A stretch of DNA of 64,000 bases, taken from positions 32,001-96,000 of the forward strand of contig CBDESZ010000007.1 of the NCBI GenBank assembly GCA_965242725.1, read 5' to 3'. Numbering within the stretch: the stretch's first letter is position 1; each line of letters begins with the position of its first letter. Under the pieces are notes generated by a model that was given only the letters and a program-made list of their open reading frames with translations, was not told the DNA's origin and ran no database searches. A program made the position numbers and the translations under genes. Source of the stretch: Alkalispirochaeta sp. (lineage in GTDB: Bacteria; Spirochaetota; Spirochaetia; DSM-27196; Alkalispirochaetaceae). Positions 1 through 9,730 of this stretch are shown here, one piece after another.

Positions 1-344
1 GCAGGCATCGGGAATGAGGCGAGGCTTACATCCCCCACATACACATCACCGTTCTCCTCCCGGACCTCGTACGCCGGCAGGTCATCAAGGGCGGGGGCGC
101 TCCGCAGAGCTCCGGTGGTGACGTCAAAACGGGCGTTGTGACATCCACAGATGATCTCGTCGCCGTGAACATGGCCCCACGAGAGAGGGCATCCCACATG
201 GGGGCATCCATTGCCCCAGGCAAAGAGAGCATCACCCTTCCGCACGATGAGGACGCTTTCGTCCTCGCTCAAATCGACGGAAAAGGGTTTTCCCTCGGAA
301 ATATCCTTACTTTGGGCGACTTTCTTCCAGGAATTGCCTGCCAT
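1..344 (-). CDS. Rieske [2Fe-2S] domain protein, runs off the window edge (possibly the N-terminus of a Rieske/FAD oxidoreductase)
   Basis: Not in the ORF track. Manual translation from ATG 344 gives MAGNSWKKVA...NGCPHVGCPLSWG...IICGCHNARFDVTTG, with CxH and CxxH Rieske motifs. GGAGG SD upstream. Confidence 0.88.
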   Translation of the reverse strand, partial: MAGNSWKKVAQSKDISEGKPFSVDLSEDESVLIVRKGDALFAWGNGCPHVGCPLSWGHVHGDEIICGCHNARFDVTTGALRSAPALDDLPAYEVREENGDVYVGDVSLASFPMP

Positions 345-479
345 AACCAGTACCTCCACGTCTAAAGGTAAAAAACGGTGGATGGTAATACAAGTTATGA
401 CCTGTATATACAACCGTGTTGCGCCCCCGTGCCGGTAATTCCTTGCCACAACGAAAAAAACGGCAGTACTTTCGACAGG

Positions 480-1085
480 ATGAATAGCCACACGTTGCAG
501 CAGAATACGGGACGCTCGGCAGAGGAGTGGATCGAACAATTACGCAGCGATGGTGTCCTTGATGGGAACCACAAGGAAATCGCCGAGCATATCCACCGGG
601 CCTACGATGTCAGCTTCTGGTGGGCCCAGGGAATCACCGTCGAGATTGAACGGTCTCTCGGGCGTCGTGTTGAAGGCCAGACGCAGGACGGTCTGTTTCA
701 GGTCGGCGTTAGCAGGACAATCGGGAGTCCCGCCCCGACACTCTGGCGGATACTGACGGGTCCTTCCGGAGCCGAAATCATTCTCGGGGAAGGAAGCGAC
801 ATCGACCACTTTGTTCCCGGGATGACCGGCAGCATGGCTGGCGGAGGATCGTTCGCGGTAACGACGTTCCGTGAAGATTCTCACATGCGTATGCGTTTTC
901 AATTGCCCGGGTGGGAACGCCCCTCCATTCTCCAGGTGAGGGTCACCGAAAAAGGTGCAGACGCCGCCACGCTGACCTTTCACCATGAACGCCTTCCGGA
1001 TTCCCGGCAACGGGAGGAGATGCGGAAGCGATGGCGGAACGCGGCGGATGCAGTTGCCCAGACTATCGAAAAGGTAATGCGGTGA
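480..1085 (+). CDS. DUF4287-like N-terminal domain plus SRPBCC/START-like C-terminal domain
   Basis: TGRSAEEW...WWAQGITVEIER...G motif followed by VSRTI...LW...TLTFHHERLPD...RWR. Start moved to ATG 480. Confidence 0.7.
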   Translation: MNSHTLQQNTGRSAEEWIEQLRSDGVLDGNHKEIAEHIHRAYDVSFWWAQGITVEIERSLGRRVEGQTQDGLFQVGVSRTIGSPAPTLWRILTGPSGAEIILGEGSDIDHFVPGMTGSMAGGGSFAVTTFREDSHMRMRFQLPGWERPSILQVRVTEKGADAATLTFHHERLPDSRQREEMRKRWRNAADAVAQTIEKVMR

Positions 1086-1711
1086 TGACGGTCACCCGTA
1101 CCGAAATTGACGCCATGGAAGGGCGTTTCCGCGCCGCATTTGTGAACTCCCTCCCCGGTTTCAAGCCGGTGAATCTCATCGGAACGATCTCGAAAGAGGG
1201 AAGAACCAACGTCGCCATCGTCAGTTCGGTCGTACATATCGGATCAAACCCACCGCTGATCGCCTTTGTCAGCAGGCCGTTGAGCGTCGAGCGACATACC
1301 CTTCAAAACATTTACGCAACCGGCCAATACACGATAAACGCGGTCACAACGGATATGGTGAAACAGGCACATCAGACGGCGGCCCGTTACCCCTCGCATG
1401 TGAGCGAATTTGACGCGGTCGGATTCACTCCTGCCTACACCGATGGCTGCGACGCCCCCTTTGTCGGGGAAAGTCCCCTCCGGATCGCACTGACCTACCA
1501 CTCGAGTGTCGAGATGCCCAACGAGACGGTGATGGTGATCGGAGAGGTTGCCTCCGTTCACATCGCCGATAATGCGATTCATACCGACGGGGCCATCGAT
1601 TTCTCCCGCATCGACGGCGCGTGCGTTACCGGACTGGACAGGTACTTCAGCACCAGACCGATCACCCGCCTTTCATACGCAAAGCCTGATGCACCAGCCG
1701 AACCCGTGTGA
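1085..1711 (+). CDS. Flavin reductase family protein (DIM6/NtaB-like)
   Basis: NSLPGFKPVNLIGT, NVAIVSSVVHIGSNPPL, HTLQNI, SEFDAVG motifs. TGATG overlap with the previous gene. Confidence 0.85.
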   Translation: MTVTRTEIDAMEGRFRAAFVNSLPGFKPVNLIGTISKEGRTNVAIVSSVVHIGSNPPLIAFVSRPLSVERHTLQNIYATGQYTINAVTTDMVKQAHQTAARYPSHVSEFDAVGFTPAYTDGCDAPFVGESPLRIALTYHSSVEMPNETVMVIGEVASVHIADNAIHTDGAIDFSRIDGACVTGLDRYFSTRPITRLSYAKPDAPAEPV

Positions 1712-1764
1712 CGGCGTCACACGGTACGGTCCCGGCGGATTCATTTTTATATGAGGGGAGTGAA

Positions 1765-2817
1765 ATGGAAGAGATTCCGGCGACAATGCACGCGGTACTC
1801 CTGACGGGACACGGAGGTCTCGATAAACTCGCGATACGTGACGATGTTCCTGTGCCGTCGCCGGGTCCCGCGGAAGTTCTCATACGTGTTGCCGCGGCAG
1901 CGGTGAACAATACCGACATCAATACTCGCGAGGCGTGGTACTCCAAAGACGCGGCTTCCGCCGCGGATGCGAGCTGGAGCGGCAATCCCGTCACCTTTCC
2001 ACGAATCCAGGGTGCCGACGTGTGCGGCTCCATTGTGGCCGTCGGCGATGGGGTATTGCCGGGACGTATCGGTGAGCGGGTGATTATTGAACCGCTGATC
2101 AGGGAGACACAGGGGAAGATGCTCACCAATCCGTGGTACTTCGGATCCGAGTGCGACGGCGGATTCGCTGAGTATACAGTTGTTGCCGCACGACACGCCT
2201 ATGCGGTGCAGAGCGGGTACTCCGACGTGGAACTGGCTTCCTTTCCCTGCTCCTATTCCACCGCCGAGAATCTTCTGTCCCGGGCCGGAGTAGACGGGCG
2301 GGATGTGGTACTGGTAACCGGGGCCTCCGGCGGCGTCGGATCGGCGGCTGTTCAGCTGGCACGGGCGCGGGGCGCGCAGGTTCTTGCGGTGACAAGCCGC
2401 GAGAAAATGTCACAGCTGCAACGCCTCGGTGCCGACCGCGTCTATCGACGGGACGAGGACCTCCGGACATGCATCGGCAGGAATACCGTCGATGTCGTGA
2501 TAGATCTCGTCGCGGGAGACAGCTTTCCCGTCCTTCTCGACCTTTTGAAGCCCTTCGGGCGCTACGCCGCAGCCGGGGCAATCGCGGGGCCGATTGTAGA
2601 ACTCGATGTACGAACGCTCTATCTGAAAGATCTCACGATGGTCGGCTGCACGGTCCTCGACACGGCGGTCTTCCCGCACCTGGTGAAAAGGATTGAAAAC
2701 CGTGAAATTTCTCCCCTTGTTTCGCGGACTTTCCCGATCACTGAAATCGCCGCAGCGCAGACTGCCTTTGCCGCCCACCGCCATGTCGGCAAGATCGTAC
2801 TCACCATGGATTTCTGA
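1765..2817 (+). CDS. MDR-superfamily alcohol dehydrogenase / quinone oxidoreductase
   Basis: NNTDIN, FPRIQGAD, GASGGVG nucleotide-binding motif, C-terminal HVGKIVL. SD GAGGGG before ATG 1765. Confidence 0.88.
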   Translation: MEEIPATMHAVLLTGHGGLDKLAIRDDVPVPSPGPAEVLIRVAAAAVNNTDINTREAWYSKDAASAADASWSGNPVTFPRIQGADVCGSIVAVGDGVLPGRIGERVIIEPLIRETQGKMLTNPWYFGSECDGGFAEYTVVAARHAYAVQSGYSDVELASFPCSYSTAENLLSRAGVDGRDVVLVTGASGGVGSAAVQLARARGAQVLAVTSREKMSQLQRLGADRVYRRDEDLRTCIGRNTVDVVIDLVAGDSFPVLLDLLKPFGRYAAAGAIAGPIVELDVRTLYLKDLTMVGCTVLDTAVFPHLVKRIENREISPLVSRTFPITEIAAAQTAFAAHRHVGKIVLTMDF

Positions 2818-2896
2818 CGAAGCTGTGGCGCACCCTCTCCACGGCGGCTTTTCCACGGTTGCCTCTCCGCCGGAAAAACGGGAGAGTAGAGTGGTC

Positions 2897-4183
2897 ATGC
2901 CCGTACGACACGCGTTCATCAATACGACCCTTGCGATCCTCATTCTCGTCGTTTTTATATCACCCGCGGCGGGGCAGGACGCCGTCCGCCTCTCCCTTGA
3001 CCTCGGCAGTGACGTGGAAATCGTGACCCGCTGGGGATACACGATTCGCGTCGACGGTCGCTACCGGGGACACGTGAGCCGGGAGGCGCTCCTGTTGATC
3101 TCGCGGGGTGACGCGGGGTCGCCATCCCGGCCGGCAGACGCCGGGCTATCTGGTTCCGGGGCGTACCACGGCGAACTTCTGGTAAGCGAAGATTCAATAC
3201 GCGACGGCATGACCGTCGCCCGACGTATCGCCGACCGACGGGACGCCACCGTTGAATACCTCCCCTCCGGTGAGGTGCGCGCTCCTGAGGGACAGCGGGC
3301 ACCCATCTTCCGCGGTGTACCCAGCTTTCCCGACAAGGCGGTGGCACCGGGCGACACGTGGCAGGCGCCGGGGTCGGTGCAGTTCTACCTGGAAGACGAC
3401 CGTGCCGTGGTAATCCCCGTCCTGGCTGAATACACATACCAGGGAACGGAGATGTACCAGGACCGGCGCGTTCACCGGGTGACGGCGATCTACGCCGTCC
3501 GTGGTCCCCTCTCGCGGGGACAACTCGGGAGCCACCCCGCCCGGGACATCGTGGCGGGACTGCCGCAGCTTCCGTCGGACTACACCCTCCACGGCCGACA
3601 CGATCTGGACGTGCTGCTTCCCGTTGGGGGCGGGCCGCCGGTCTTTCAACGCACTACCATACGGGAGCAGCTCCGCCTTCCCTCCGGCTCCATGGAGGAG
3701 CGCTCCGGCTATATCCTTACCTGGTACCACAGTACCGGCGACTTTGACGGTCCCGGCGAGGCGGCTCGCATTACCGAGCAGATCGCCAGGGAGGGAATCG
3801 AGGACGTCGCCGTCCGCGCCACAGAGGACAATCGCGTCTCCCTGGAGATCCGCAATCTCCGCTTCGTCGCCGATCAGGCGGTACTCCTTCCCGGAGAGGA
3901 AGATCGCCTCGACGGTATCGCGGAGGTCCTGGCGAGTGTCCCCGACCGGTCGATCATGGTCATCGGCCATACCGCCGACGTGGGAACGGCAATCAGTCAG
4001 CTGGAACTCTCATACCAGCGGGCGCGGAAGATCGTCGATGAACTGACCGCCAGGGGTATTGAGGCGGGCCGTCTCTTTTACGACGGCCGGGGTGGACGGG
4101 AGCCGGTGGCGCCCAATGACACCGACGAGGGACGCGCCCGGAACCGCCGCGTGGAGATAGAGATCCTTCCGGCGCGAAACTGA
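2897..4183 (+). CDS. OmpA-family protein, spirochaete TpN50-like
   Basis: Signal peptide; C-terminal OmpA_C motifs GHTAD...LSYQRA and GRARNRRVEI. Start estimated. Confidence 0.85.
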   Translation: MPVRHAFINTTLAILILVVFISPAAGQDAVRLSLDLGSDVEIVTRWGYTIRVDGRYRGHVSREALLLISRGDAGSPSRPADAGLSGSGAYHGELLVSEDSIRDGMTVARRIADRRDATVEYLPSGEVRAPEGQRAPIFRGVPSFPDKAVAPGDTWQAPGSVQFYLEDDRAVVIPVLAEYTYQGTEMYQDRRVHRVTAIYAVRGPLSRGQLGSHPARDIVAGLPQLPSDYTLHGRHDLDVLLPVGGGPPVFQRTTIREQLRLPSGSMEERSGYILTWYHSTGDFDGPGEAARITEQIAREGIEDVAVRATEDNRVSLEIRNLRFVADQAVLLPGEEDRLDGIAEVLASVPDRSIMVIGHTADVGTAISQLELSYQRARKIVDELTARGIEAGRLFYDGRGGREPVAPNDTDEGRARNRRVEIEILPARN

Positions 4184-4245
4184 AACAGCCCATCGAAGGG
4201 ATCGCCGTCTATACCAATTTTGTGGACGTCCGTCGATGAGAAATG

Positions 4246-6051
4246 TTACTCCGCCGGATTCAATTGCCGCACAAGACCGAGCAGAACGCCTTCGCTAAAG
4301 GGTTTATTGACAAACACGTCAAATCCGGCATCCATGCAGTCAACTTCGATCTCTGTGCGGGAGTGTCCGGTCAAAGCGATAAGACCGGTACGGGCTCGTT
4401 CACGGTTTGACTCACGTTTTCTGATGTGTCTTGCAACATCAATACCGGTCTTTCGAGGCATGGCGATATCAAGTATCGCGACTGGAAAGGTGTATTTTTC
4501 GACGGCATCTACCGCCTCCTGTCCGTCCCTGGTCTCATAAACGGAGTACCCGTATTTCTTTAGAAGTTTGACAAGATAGAGACGGTTGATCGCATCGTCC
4601 TCCGCTACGAGAATTTGATCTACCGCCTCAACCGGATTTACCACGACAGACTTGCGTTCTACCGGGATACGGGCGGTAAAGACCGTTCCTCCCTCCGGCC
4701 GGGATAAAAAGGACAAGTCCCCGCCGAGAAGTGAACATATCTGACGTACCACCCACAACCCGAGTCCGAGCCCCCGGTGTCGTTTCGTATAACCGCGGTC
4801 TCCCTGAAAAAAGCGATCGAAGATCCTCTCATACATTTCGGGGGGAATACCAACGCCGGAATCCTCGACAGATATCGTTAGATCAGCGTCGTCCAACTGA
4901 AACACGACTCGCACAAATCCCGAGTCGGTAAACTTGACTCCATTTGACAGTAGCGCCGATACAATTTGACTGAGTCGATCCGGATCAACAAACAGCAGCG
5001 TTCCGGCGGTCAAGTCTTCTACCGTGAAGGTGAGCCCCTTTTCTCTCGCTTTCTCGTGGTATGTCTCCACAAAGCCGGAAATCACGTCGCGGATTTCACA
5101 CCAGACGGGCGCCGTATACAGATTCCCGTTCTCAATTTCCCGCGCATCCAGCACCGAGGTAACCAGTTGGGAGAGATCGTTTGCGGACGTACGCAGTCTA
5201 TGGGAAAGATCATCACGCTCCTCATCACCTGTTGCGTTCTCAAGCAATCTGATTATGCCCAGGATGCCGTTTACGGGTGTTCTGATTTCGTGACTGATGT
5301 TTGCAAGAAACTCTTTTTCCGCCTTCTGGGCTTCAATAAGCCGGATATTCGACAAACGAAGTTCAGCTTCACGTTTTCTTGCCTCATGCGTAGCGACTAT
5401 CAGGGTAACGATACTTCCAATTGATGCGACGATCAGGATCAGAATTATCTTCGTGGTCGTCCAATTGAGCCCGAGAATCTCCCGACGCAGCTCAACAAAC
5501 GCAATAGCCTCAGCACGGCGGATGCCCGTGTGCATTCGCTGGGCGGCCTGTAACGCACCGCGGATATACGGTGTCAACCGTTCCTCCAATGCGGCGGATG
5601 ACACTGCCGGGTCTGCTTCACGATTCAAAGAAGATAGCTCTGCAAGGAGCATTTCGGTGTTCGACTCAAACTGGAAGCTATTCTCCAGAAGCTCGGAGAC
5701 CACGATAGGGTGATCACCGCCGAGAGCCTCTTTAAACTCTTCAAGACTCTTGGACTGGTAGTCCCGGAAGTAGGCCGACAACGTGACCCGGAACTCACTG
5801 AGAACGGTTCTGAACGCATCCGGATCATGAGAAGTAAAATCGATAGTGGATAGTTCCGCGATTCTCAGACTCGTCGTGTGCAGGTGAAATGCCTTCTCCA
5901 TGATGTGTTCCGTATAGACGGAGAACCTATCCTGCATCACCGCCCGTTCGTTCAGCAGGAAAAAGACTCCCGCAGAAGAAAGCGTTGCAACAACGAGTAG
6001 TATCGCACTGACCAGTATCGTGAAGCGCTGGTTATTCTGTTTATCGTTCAT
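4246..6051 (-). CDS. Hybrid sensor histidine kinase (2 TM, periplasmic helical domain, HisKA, HATPase, REC)
   Basis: H-box NISHEIRTP, N-box NGVKFT, DSGVGI, GLGLGL, receiver VAEDD...ILDIAMP...KP. ATGA overlap with the upstream gene. Confidence 0.92.
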   Translation of the reverse strand: MNDKQNNQRFTILVSAILLVVATLSSAGVFFLLNERAVMQDRFSVYTEHIMEKAFHLHTTSLRIAELSTIDFTSHDPDAFRTVLSEFRVTLSAYFRDYQSKSLEEFKEALGGDHPIVVSELLENSFQFESNTEMLLAELSSLNREADPAVSSAALEERLTPYIRGALQAAQRMHTGIRRAEAIAFVELRREILGLNWTTTKIILILIVASIGSIVTLIVATHEARKREAELRLSNIRLIEAQKAEKEFLANISHEIRTPVNGILGIIRLLENATGDEERDDLSHRLRTSANDLSQLVTSVLDAREIENGNLYTAPVWCEIRDVISGFVETYHEKAREKGLTFTVEDLTAGTLLFVDPDRLSQIVSALLSNGVKFTDSGFVRVVFQLDDADLTISVEDSGVGIPPEMYERIFDRFFQGDRGYTKRHRGLGLGLWVVRQICSLLGGDLSFLSRPEGGTVFTARIPVERKSVVVNPVEAVDQILVAEDDAINRLYLVKLLKKYGYSVYETRDGQEAVDAVEKYTFPVAILDIAMPRKTGIDVARHIRKRESNRERARTGLIALTGHSRTEIEVDCMDAGFDVFVNKPFSEGVLLGLVRQLNPAE

Positions 6052-6620
6052 CGTACTTCGATGTGGGCAAGCCACCAGACATAGTCGAGCTTCAACAGCT
6101 CCATCTCAAGTTCAGGATAGTCTTCATGTCTGACGGCAACAGACAATGGGCTTTTATTCCGCTCATCCTCTTGTTCGCTGTAGACTTTGCCGTCTTCTGC
6201 ATACGTGATCGTGTATCGGTATTTCTTCACATCTTCAAGCGCGATGTCTGCAGTGTAGTCATTGGATGCGGTGAGAATTATCCGCTCTGCCGTGCCCTCA
6301 ATTCCCATTGCTTCCAGAAAAGAATACAGCTCAAAACCGGTATATGAGGATGTATCGTCGAGCCAAGGATCGTAACTGCTGAACTCTCTCGCGGGAAGGG
6401 CCATAAGTTGTTCGAGCGTGAAAAAGGCAGGCTCTTCGTTATTCACCTTTCCTGAAACGGTCAGGACGGTATCATCTGTTACGGACTGAGAGTACGACGG
6501 CTTTTGGTCCCACCTATCGGTCGTCTCCATGTCGCGCCCCGCGCAGGAAACGATCGATATCAGAACATACGAAACAAGCGTGATCATTGATATGATTCGA
6601 ATGCCCGACACCGGCCTCAC
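6048..6620 (-). CDS. Lipoprotein with molybdopterin-binding (SUOX/Oxidored_molyb-like) domain, PruR-like
   Basis: Lipobox-like ISIVSC; LTVSG...FTLEQLMAL...DPW...YTG...ASNDY...DGK...KSPL...VWWLAHIEVR pattern; no Cys in the mature domain. Confidence 0.7.
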   Translation of the reverse strand: MRPVSGIRIISMITLVSYVLISIVSCAGRDMETTDRWDQKPSYSQSVTDDTVLTVSGKVNNEEPAFFTLEQLMALPAREFSSYDPWLDDTSSYTGFELYSFLEAMGIEGTAERIILTASNDYTADIALEDVKKYRYTITYAEDGKVYSEQEDERNKSPLSVAVRHEDYPELEMELLKLDYVWWLAHIEVR

Positions 6621-6656
6621 CCTGAAATTCTACACTTTCCGCAAAGCGAGCTGCAA
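6621..6656 (-). promoter_or_regulatory. Sigma70-like promoter, probably leaderless
   Basis: Minus strand reads TTGCAG-N18-TAGAAT-N6-GTG; no SD. Confidence 0.5.
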
Positions 6657-6938
6657 GTTAAAGGACCATCTCGATTGCAGACATATGTGTGTCGTTATCG
6701 AGGTGGCGGAACCGAGCGTCGGGAACTTTTACGGTGTGAATGGATAGTAGACAATGGATACCGTGAGCACGTTCCATGACATCGGCTATCATTCGTCATC
6801 CCCACGCCGTCTTCCCCGGCGGAGTGATTTCGCCGACCGCCCATGACTTCATCAATGATTAATGATACTCTCGGAAAATCATTTCAGATTGATCATCTCC
6901 GTAATAACCGGGGTGAACCCAGCTATGGAGGATTCTCA

Positions 6939-8420
6939 TTGGAAAAAACCCTGAGCAAGGTCAAGTACATTATCATCGTCGCGATTGCGCTCATGATGAC
7001 GTATCTCTTTTCGACCCAGTACACGAGTATTCGGGAAGTAGTAGAAGAGAAGTACCGCAATCAGCAACAGCTGGTGGAGAAGAACATCCTCCAGACGGTG
7101 AACTACATCAATGACGCCTATGCGATCGCCGAGCAGCAGCTGAATCGGGAGATGCAGGAGTACTCGCAGGAGATGGTACGGGAGTACCGGACCAACCCCG
7201 ATGTGATGGCGTGGGACCTTGCCGCATTACAGGAGCGATTCCCGGGATACGACATCTATATCGTAGACAGCAATCTGAAAATCATAAGGACGACTTATGA
7301 GGAAGACCTGGGCCTCGACTTCTCGACATTCGGCAGTTTTGCGACGATCCTGCGGGAGCGGATGGCGGGAGACGAGTTTGAAGTCGACCGACTTGATCTC
7401 TCAACACAGGCGGGGGTGATCAAGAAATACAGCTACATGCCCAGTCCGGACAACCGCTATCTCTTTGAACTGAGTGTAAGTATCGAGGAGCGGTACCCCT
7501 CTTTTCAGAGTCTGAATCTCTTTAAGGACGCCACCTCCCTGACGGCGGAGTATGAGCTTGTGGAAGAGATCGGGTTTTACAGCGTGGAGCCGCTGAAGCA
7601 CGGCGTCGCAAAACTCAGGAACACCAAACGCCCTTTTCTCAATCCCGACGTGCCCGAATTTGAAGAGGAGCTTGCACGACAGGCGGTCATTACCGGCGCA
7701 ATGCAGGAAAGTACCCGAAGCATCGACGGCGTACAGCGAAGCTACCGATTCTTTCCCGCTCTGGTGAGTGATCGGGAAAACGGTCAGGGTTGGAACTCCT
7801 ATGTGGTCGGTATTGTTTACAACGATCAGGTGATGCAGCAGGAAATCGCGGAACATCGGTACCTGTTTCTCGTCAACATCATTTCCATCGCCCTCCTGTT
7901 CACAACCTTCATCGCCGTCGTCATCTATCTCCTCAAAAAGTTTGAACATCAGGCTCACCACGACAAACTGACGGGGCTGGCCAACAGGAAACATTTCGAG
8001 GATCTCTTTCACAAGCTGAAAAAACGAGCTGATGCCGACGGGGGCAGCATCGGCGTCGTCTTCATCGACCTCGATACATTCAAAGAGATCAACGACCGGT
8101 ACGGACACGATACGGGAGACGCGGTACTGAAAAATATCGCCTCCAGAATGGAAAACCACCTGAAAGAAAAGGATTTGAAAGCGCGCATGGGTGGCGACGA
8201 GTTCCTGGCGGCCCTGGCCGACGTCACGTCGGGAGACAACATAACCGACGTCGCACGGCGCCTGATTGCCGAACTTAATCAGCCCCTCTCCATCGACGGG
8301 CGGATCATTCCCATCAGCGTCAGCGGCGGATTCAGCTGCTACCCCGACGATGCCCGGGACCTGGAAACGCTCATCAAGCGTGCCGACGAGGCGATGTACG
8401 AGGAAAAACGGAAGGTATAA
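6939..8420 (+). CDS. Membrane-bound diguanylate cyclase (2 TM, periplasmic sensor, GGDEF)
   Basis: HDKLTGLANR, DLDTFKEINDRYGH, RMGGDEF, ADEAMY. TTG 6939 preceded by GGAGG. Confidence 0.92.
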   Translation: MEKTLSKVKYIIIVAIALMMTYLFSTQYTSIREVVEEKYRNQQQLVEKNILQTVNYINDAYAIAEQQLNREMQEYSQEMVREYRTNPDVMAWDLAALQERFPGYDIYIVDSNLKIIRTTYEEDLGLDFSTFGSFATILRERMAGDEFEVDRLDLSTQAGVIKKYSYMPSPDNRYLFELSVSIEERYPSFQSLNLFKDATSLTAEYELVEEIGFYSVEPLKHGVAKLRNTKRPFLNPDVPEFEEELARQAVITGAMQESTRSIDGVQRSYRFFPALVSDRENGQGWNSYVVGIVYNDQVMQQEIAEHRYLFLVNIISIALLFTTFIAVVIYLLKKFEHQAHHDKLTGLANRKHFEDLFHKLKKRADADGGSIGVVFIDLDTFKEINDRYGHDTGDAVLKNIASRMENHLKEKDLKARMGGDEFLAALADVTSGDNITDVARRLIAELNQPLSIDGRIIPISVSGGFSCYPDDARDLETLIKRADEAMYEEKRKV

Positions 8421-8425
8421 CCTCC

Positions 8426-9103
8426 CTACCACACAAAGGGAATCAGGCGATATCGTACCTTCTGCCGGTACTCCGCATATCCCGCAAGCTCCCTGACGAG
8501 AAGGGCCTCTTCATTTCTGATGCGAAAGACCAGCGCAACGGGATAGGCGACAAACAGGAGAAGCGCCCAGAGCGAATTGAGTGCAATCGGTGTCGCCAGG
8601 TACATGATGATCGTACCGGTGTACATCGGATGCCGTACCCAGGCGTAGGGCCCCGTGGATATCACCGTCTGTCCCTCCACCACTTCGACCACCCGGGAGG
8701 CGTAGGAGTTCTCCCGGAAGACGGCGATCACGAAGACATAACCGGCGAGGACGAGAACGTCCGCCGCCACCACAACGGCATCGGGAAGGCCGGACCAGGA
8801 GAATCGATGGTCCAGACCGGCCACCACATACCCCGCAAAGATGATGGGCGTAATGACGAGCTGTATACGTTGCTGCGTACGCTCCCGTTCCTTTGTGCGC
8901 ATTCTCCGCTCGAGAAACTCAGGATGGCGATTCAATAAATAGAGCACGGCGACACCCAATGCGGCGAGCAACAGTCCACAGTACAGCCACGCCTGCCAGT
9001 ACCGCGCCGTTCCGGCGGGAAGAAAGAGGACGAGGAAGAAAAAGAGCGGTAAAAGGGCTACCAGGCGGAGTGCCTTTTTTGCGATTCGGGCTTTGTCGGA
9101 CAT
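8426..9103 (-). CDS. Isoprenylcysteine carboxyl methyltransferase (ICMT/PEMT) family membrane protein
   Basis: ENSYAS, TGPYAWVRHPMY, RIRNEE...L...Y..Y...VRYRLIP motifs. Confidence 0.9.
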   Translation of the reverse strand: MSDKARIAKKALRLVALLPLFFFLVLFLPAGTARYWQAWLYCGLLLAALGVAVLYLLNRHPEFLERRMRTKERERTQQRIQLVITPIIFAGYVVAGLDHRFSWSGLPDAVVVAADVLVLAGYVFVIAVFRENSYASRVVEVVEGQTVISTGPYAWVRHPMYTGTIIMYLATPIALNSLWALLLFVAYPVALVFRIRNEEALLVRELAGYAEYRQKVRYRLIPFVW

Positions 9104-9214
9104 GGAGAGCCTCCCCGTTGAGGAAACTTCTTGTCTTCATTATAGGACCGTTTCCGGGATAACAACACATATCATTTGCAGAAGAGAAGGCTCGGCCGCG
9201 TCGCGCGCTGAACT

Positions 9215-9424
9215 TTACCGGAGCGCATCGCCGCGGTCGATGAGGCGATGCGCCAGGTTGATCCCTTCTCTGGCCGCTTCTTCCCTGAGAATGTAGGTGA
9301 TCCCGTCGTCGGCAAAATACATGGCGGTTTTGCCGGCCCGGTCGATCTACACCGCCACCGCGTACCGCCCGCTCCGCGTTTTCTGAGGTAGAGGGGTTAT
9401 CGTGCAGCCGCGGTATCGCTCCAT
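9215..9424 (-). pseudogene. Small 69-residue gene interrupted by one in-frame TAG
   Basis: MERYRGCTITPLPQKTRSGRYAVAV*IDRAGKTAMYFADDGITYILREEAAREGINLAHRLIDRGDALR; TAG at 9347-9349; extended -10 TGcTATACT six nt before the ATG. Confidence 0.5.
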
Positions 9425-9730
9425 ATCGACAGTATAGCAGGACGTGCAGTACCCGGAGCAAAGATCTTGACGCAACTCGATCGGGAATATATCGTCACTC
9501 TCATCTCACCCACAGGAGGTCGTTAATGTCAGCTATTGTGATGAAGGTGCTCCTGTTCAGGAGTGTGTCTCGGTAACCGTCAGACCGGTTCGTTGATCCG
9601 ACGTCGGTATTTCCCTTCACACTCGTCAGAGTACTCCCATCGTCCCCCGCAACATATTGCGGTTTCACTCGCCGGAACAGGGCATCCAATCAGGTATTAC
9701 CATTCGTGACGTGAATCGGGGTATACCGTT

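Noticed and set aside
2693..2896. Upstream ORF-track extensions of several genes (e.g. starts 378, 2693, 39858, 44726, 59255)
   Set aside because: They overlap neighbouring genes or promoters; downstream starts fit the SD, promoter, signal peptide or domain boundary better.
7401..8432. 343-aa minus-strand ORF, and similar long antisense ORFs at 34017-35048, 37094-37981, 58432-59322 and 59549-60442
   Set aside because: Antisense shadows of well-supported genes.
9501..9689. 62-aa minus-strand ORF
   Set aside because: No recognisable motif or SD; may be a gene remnant but cannot be supported.
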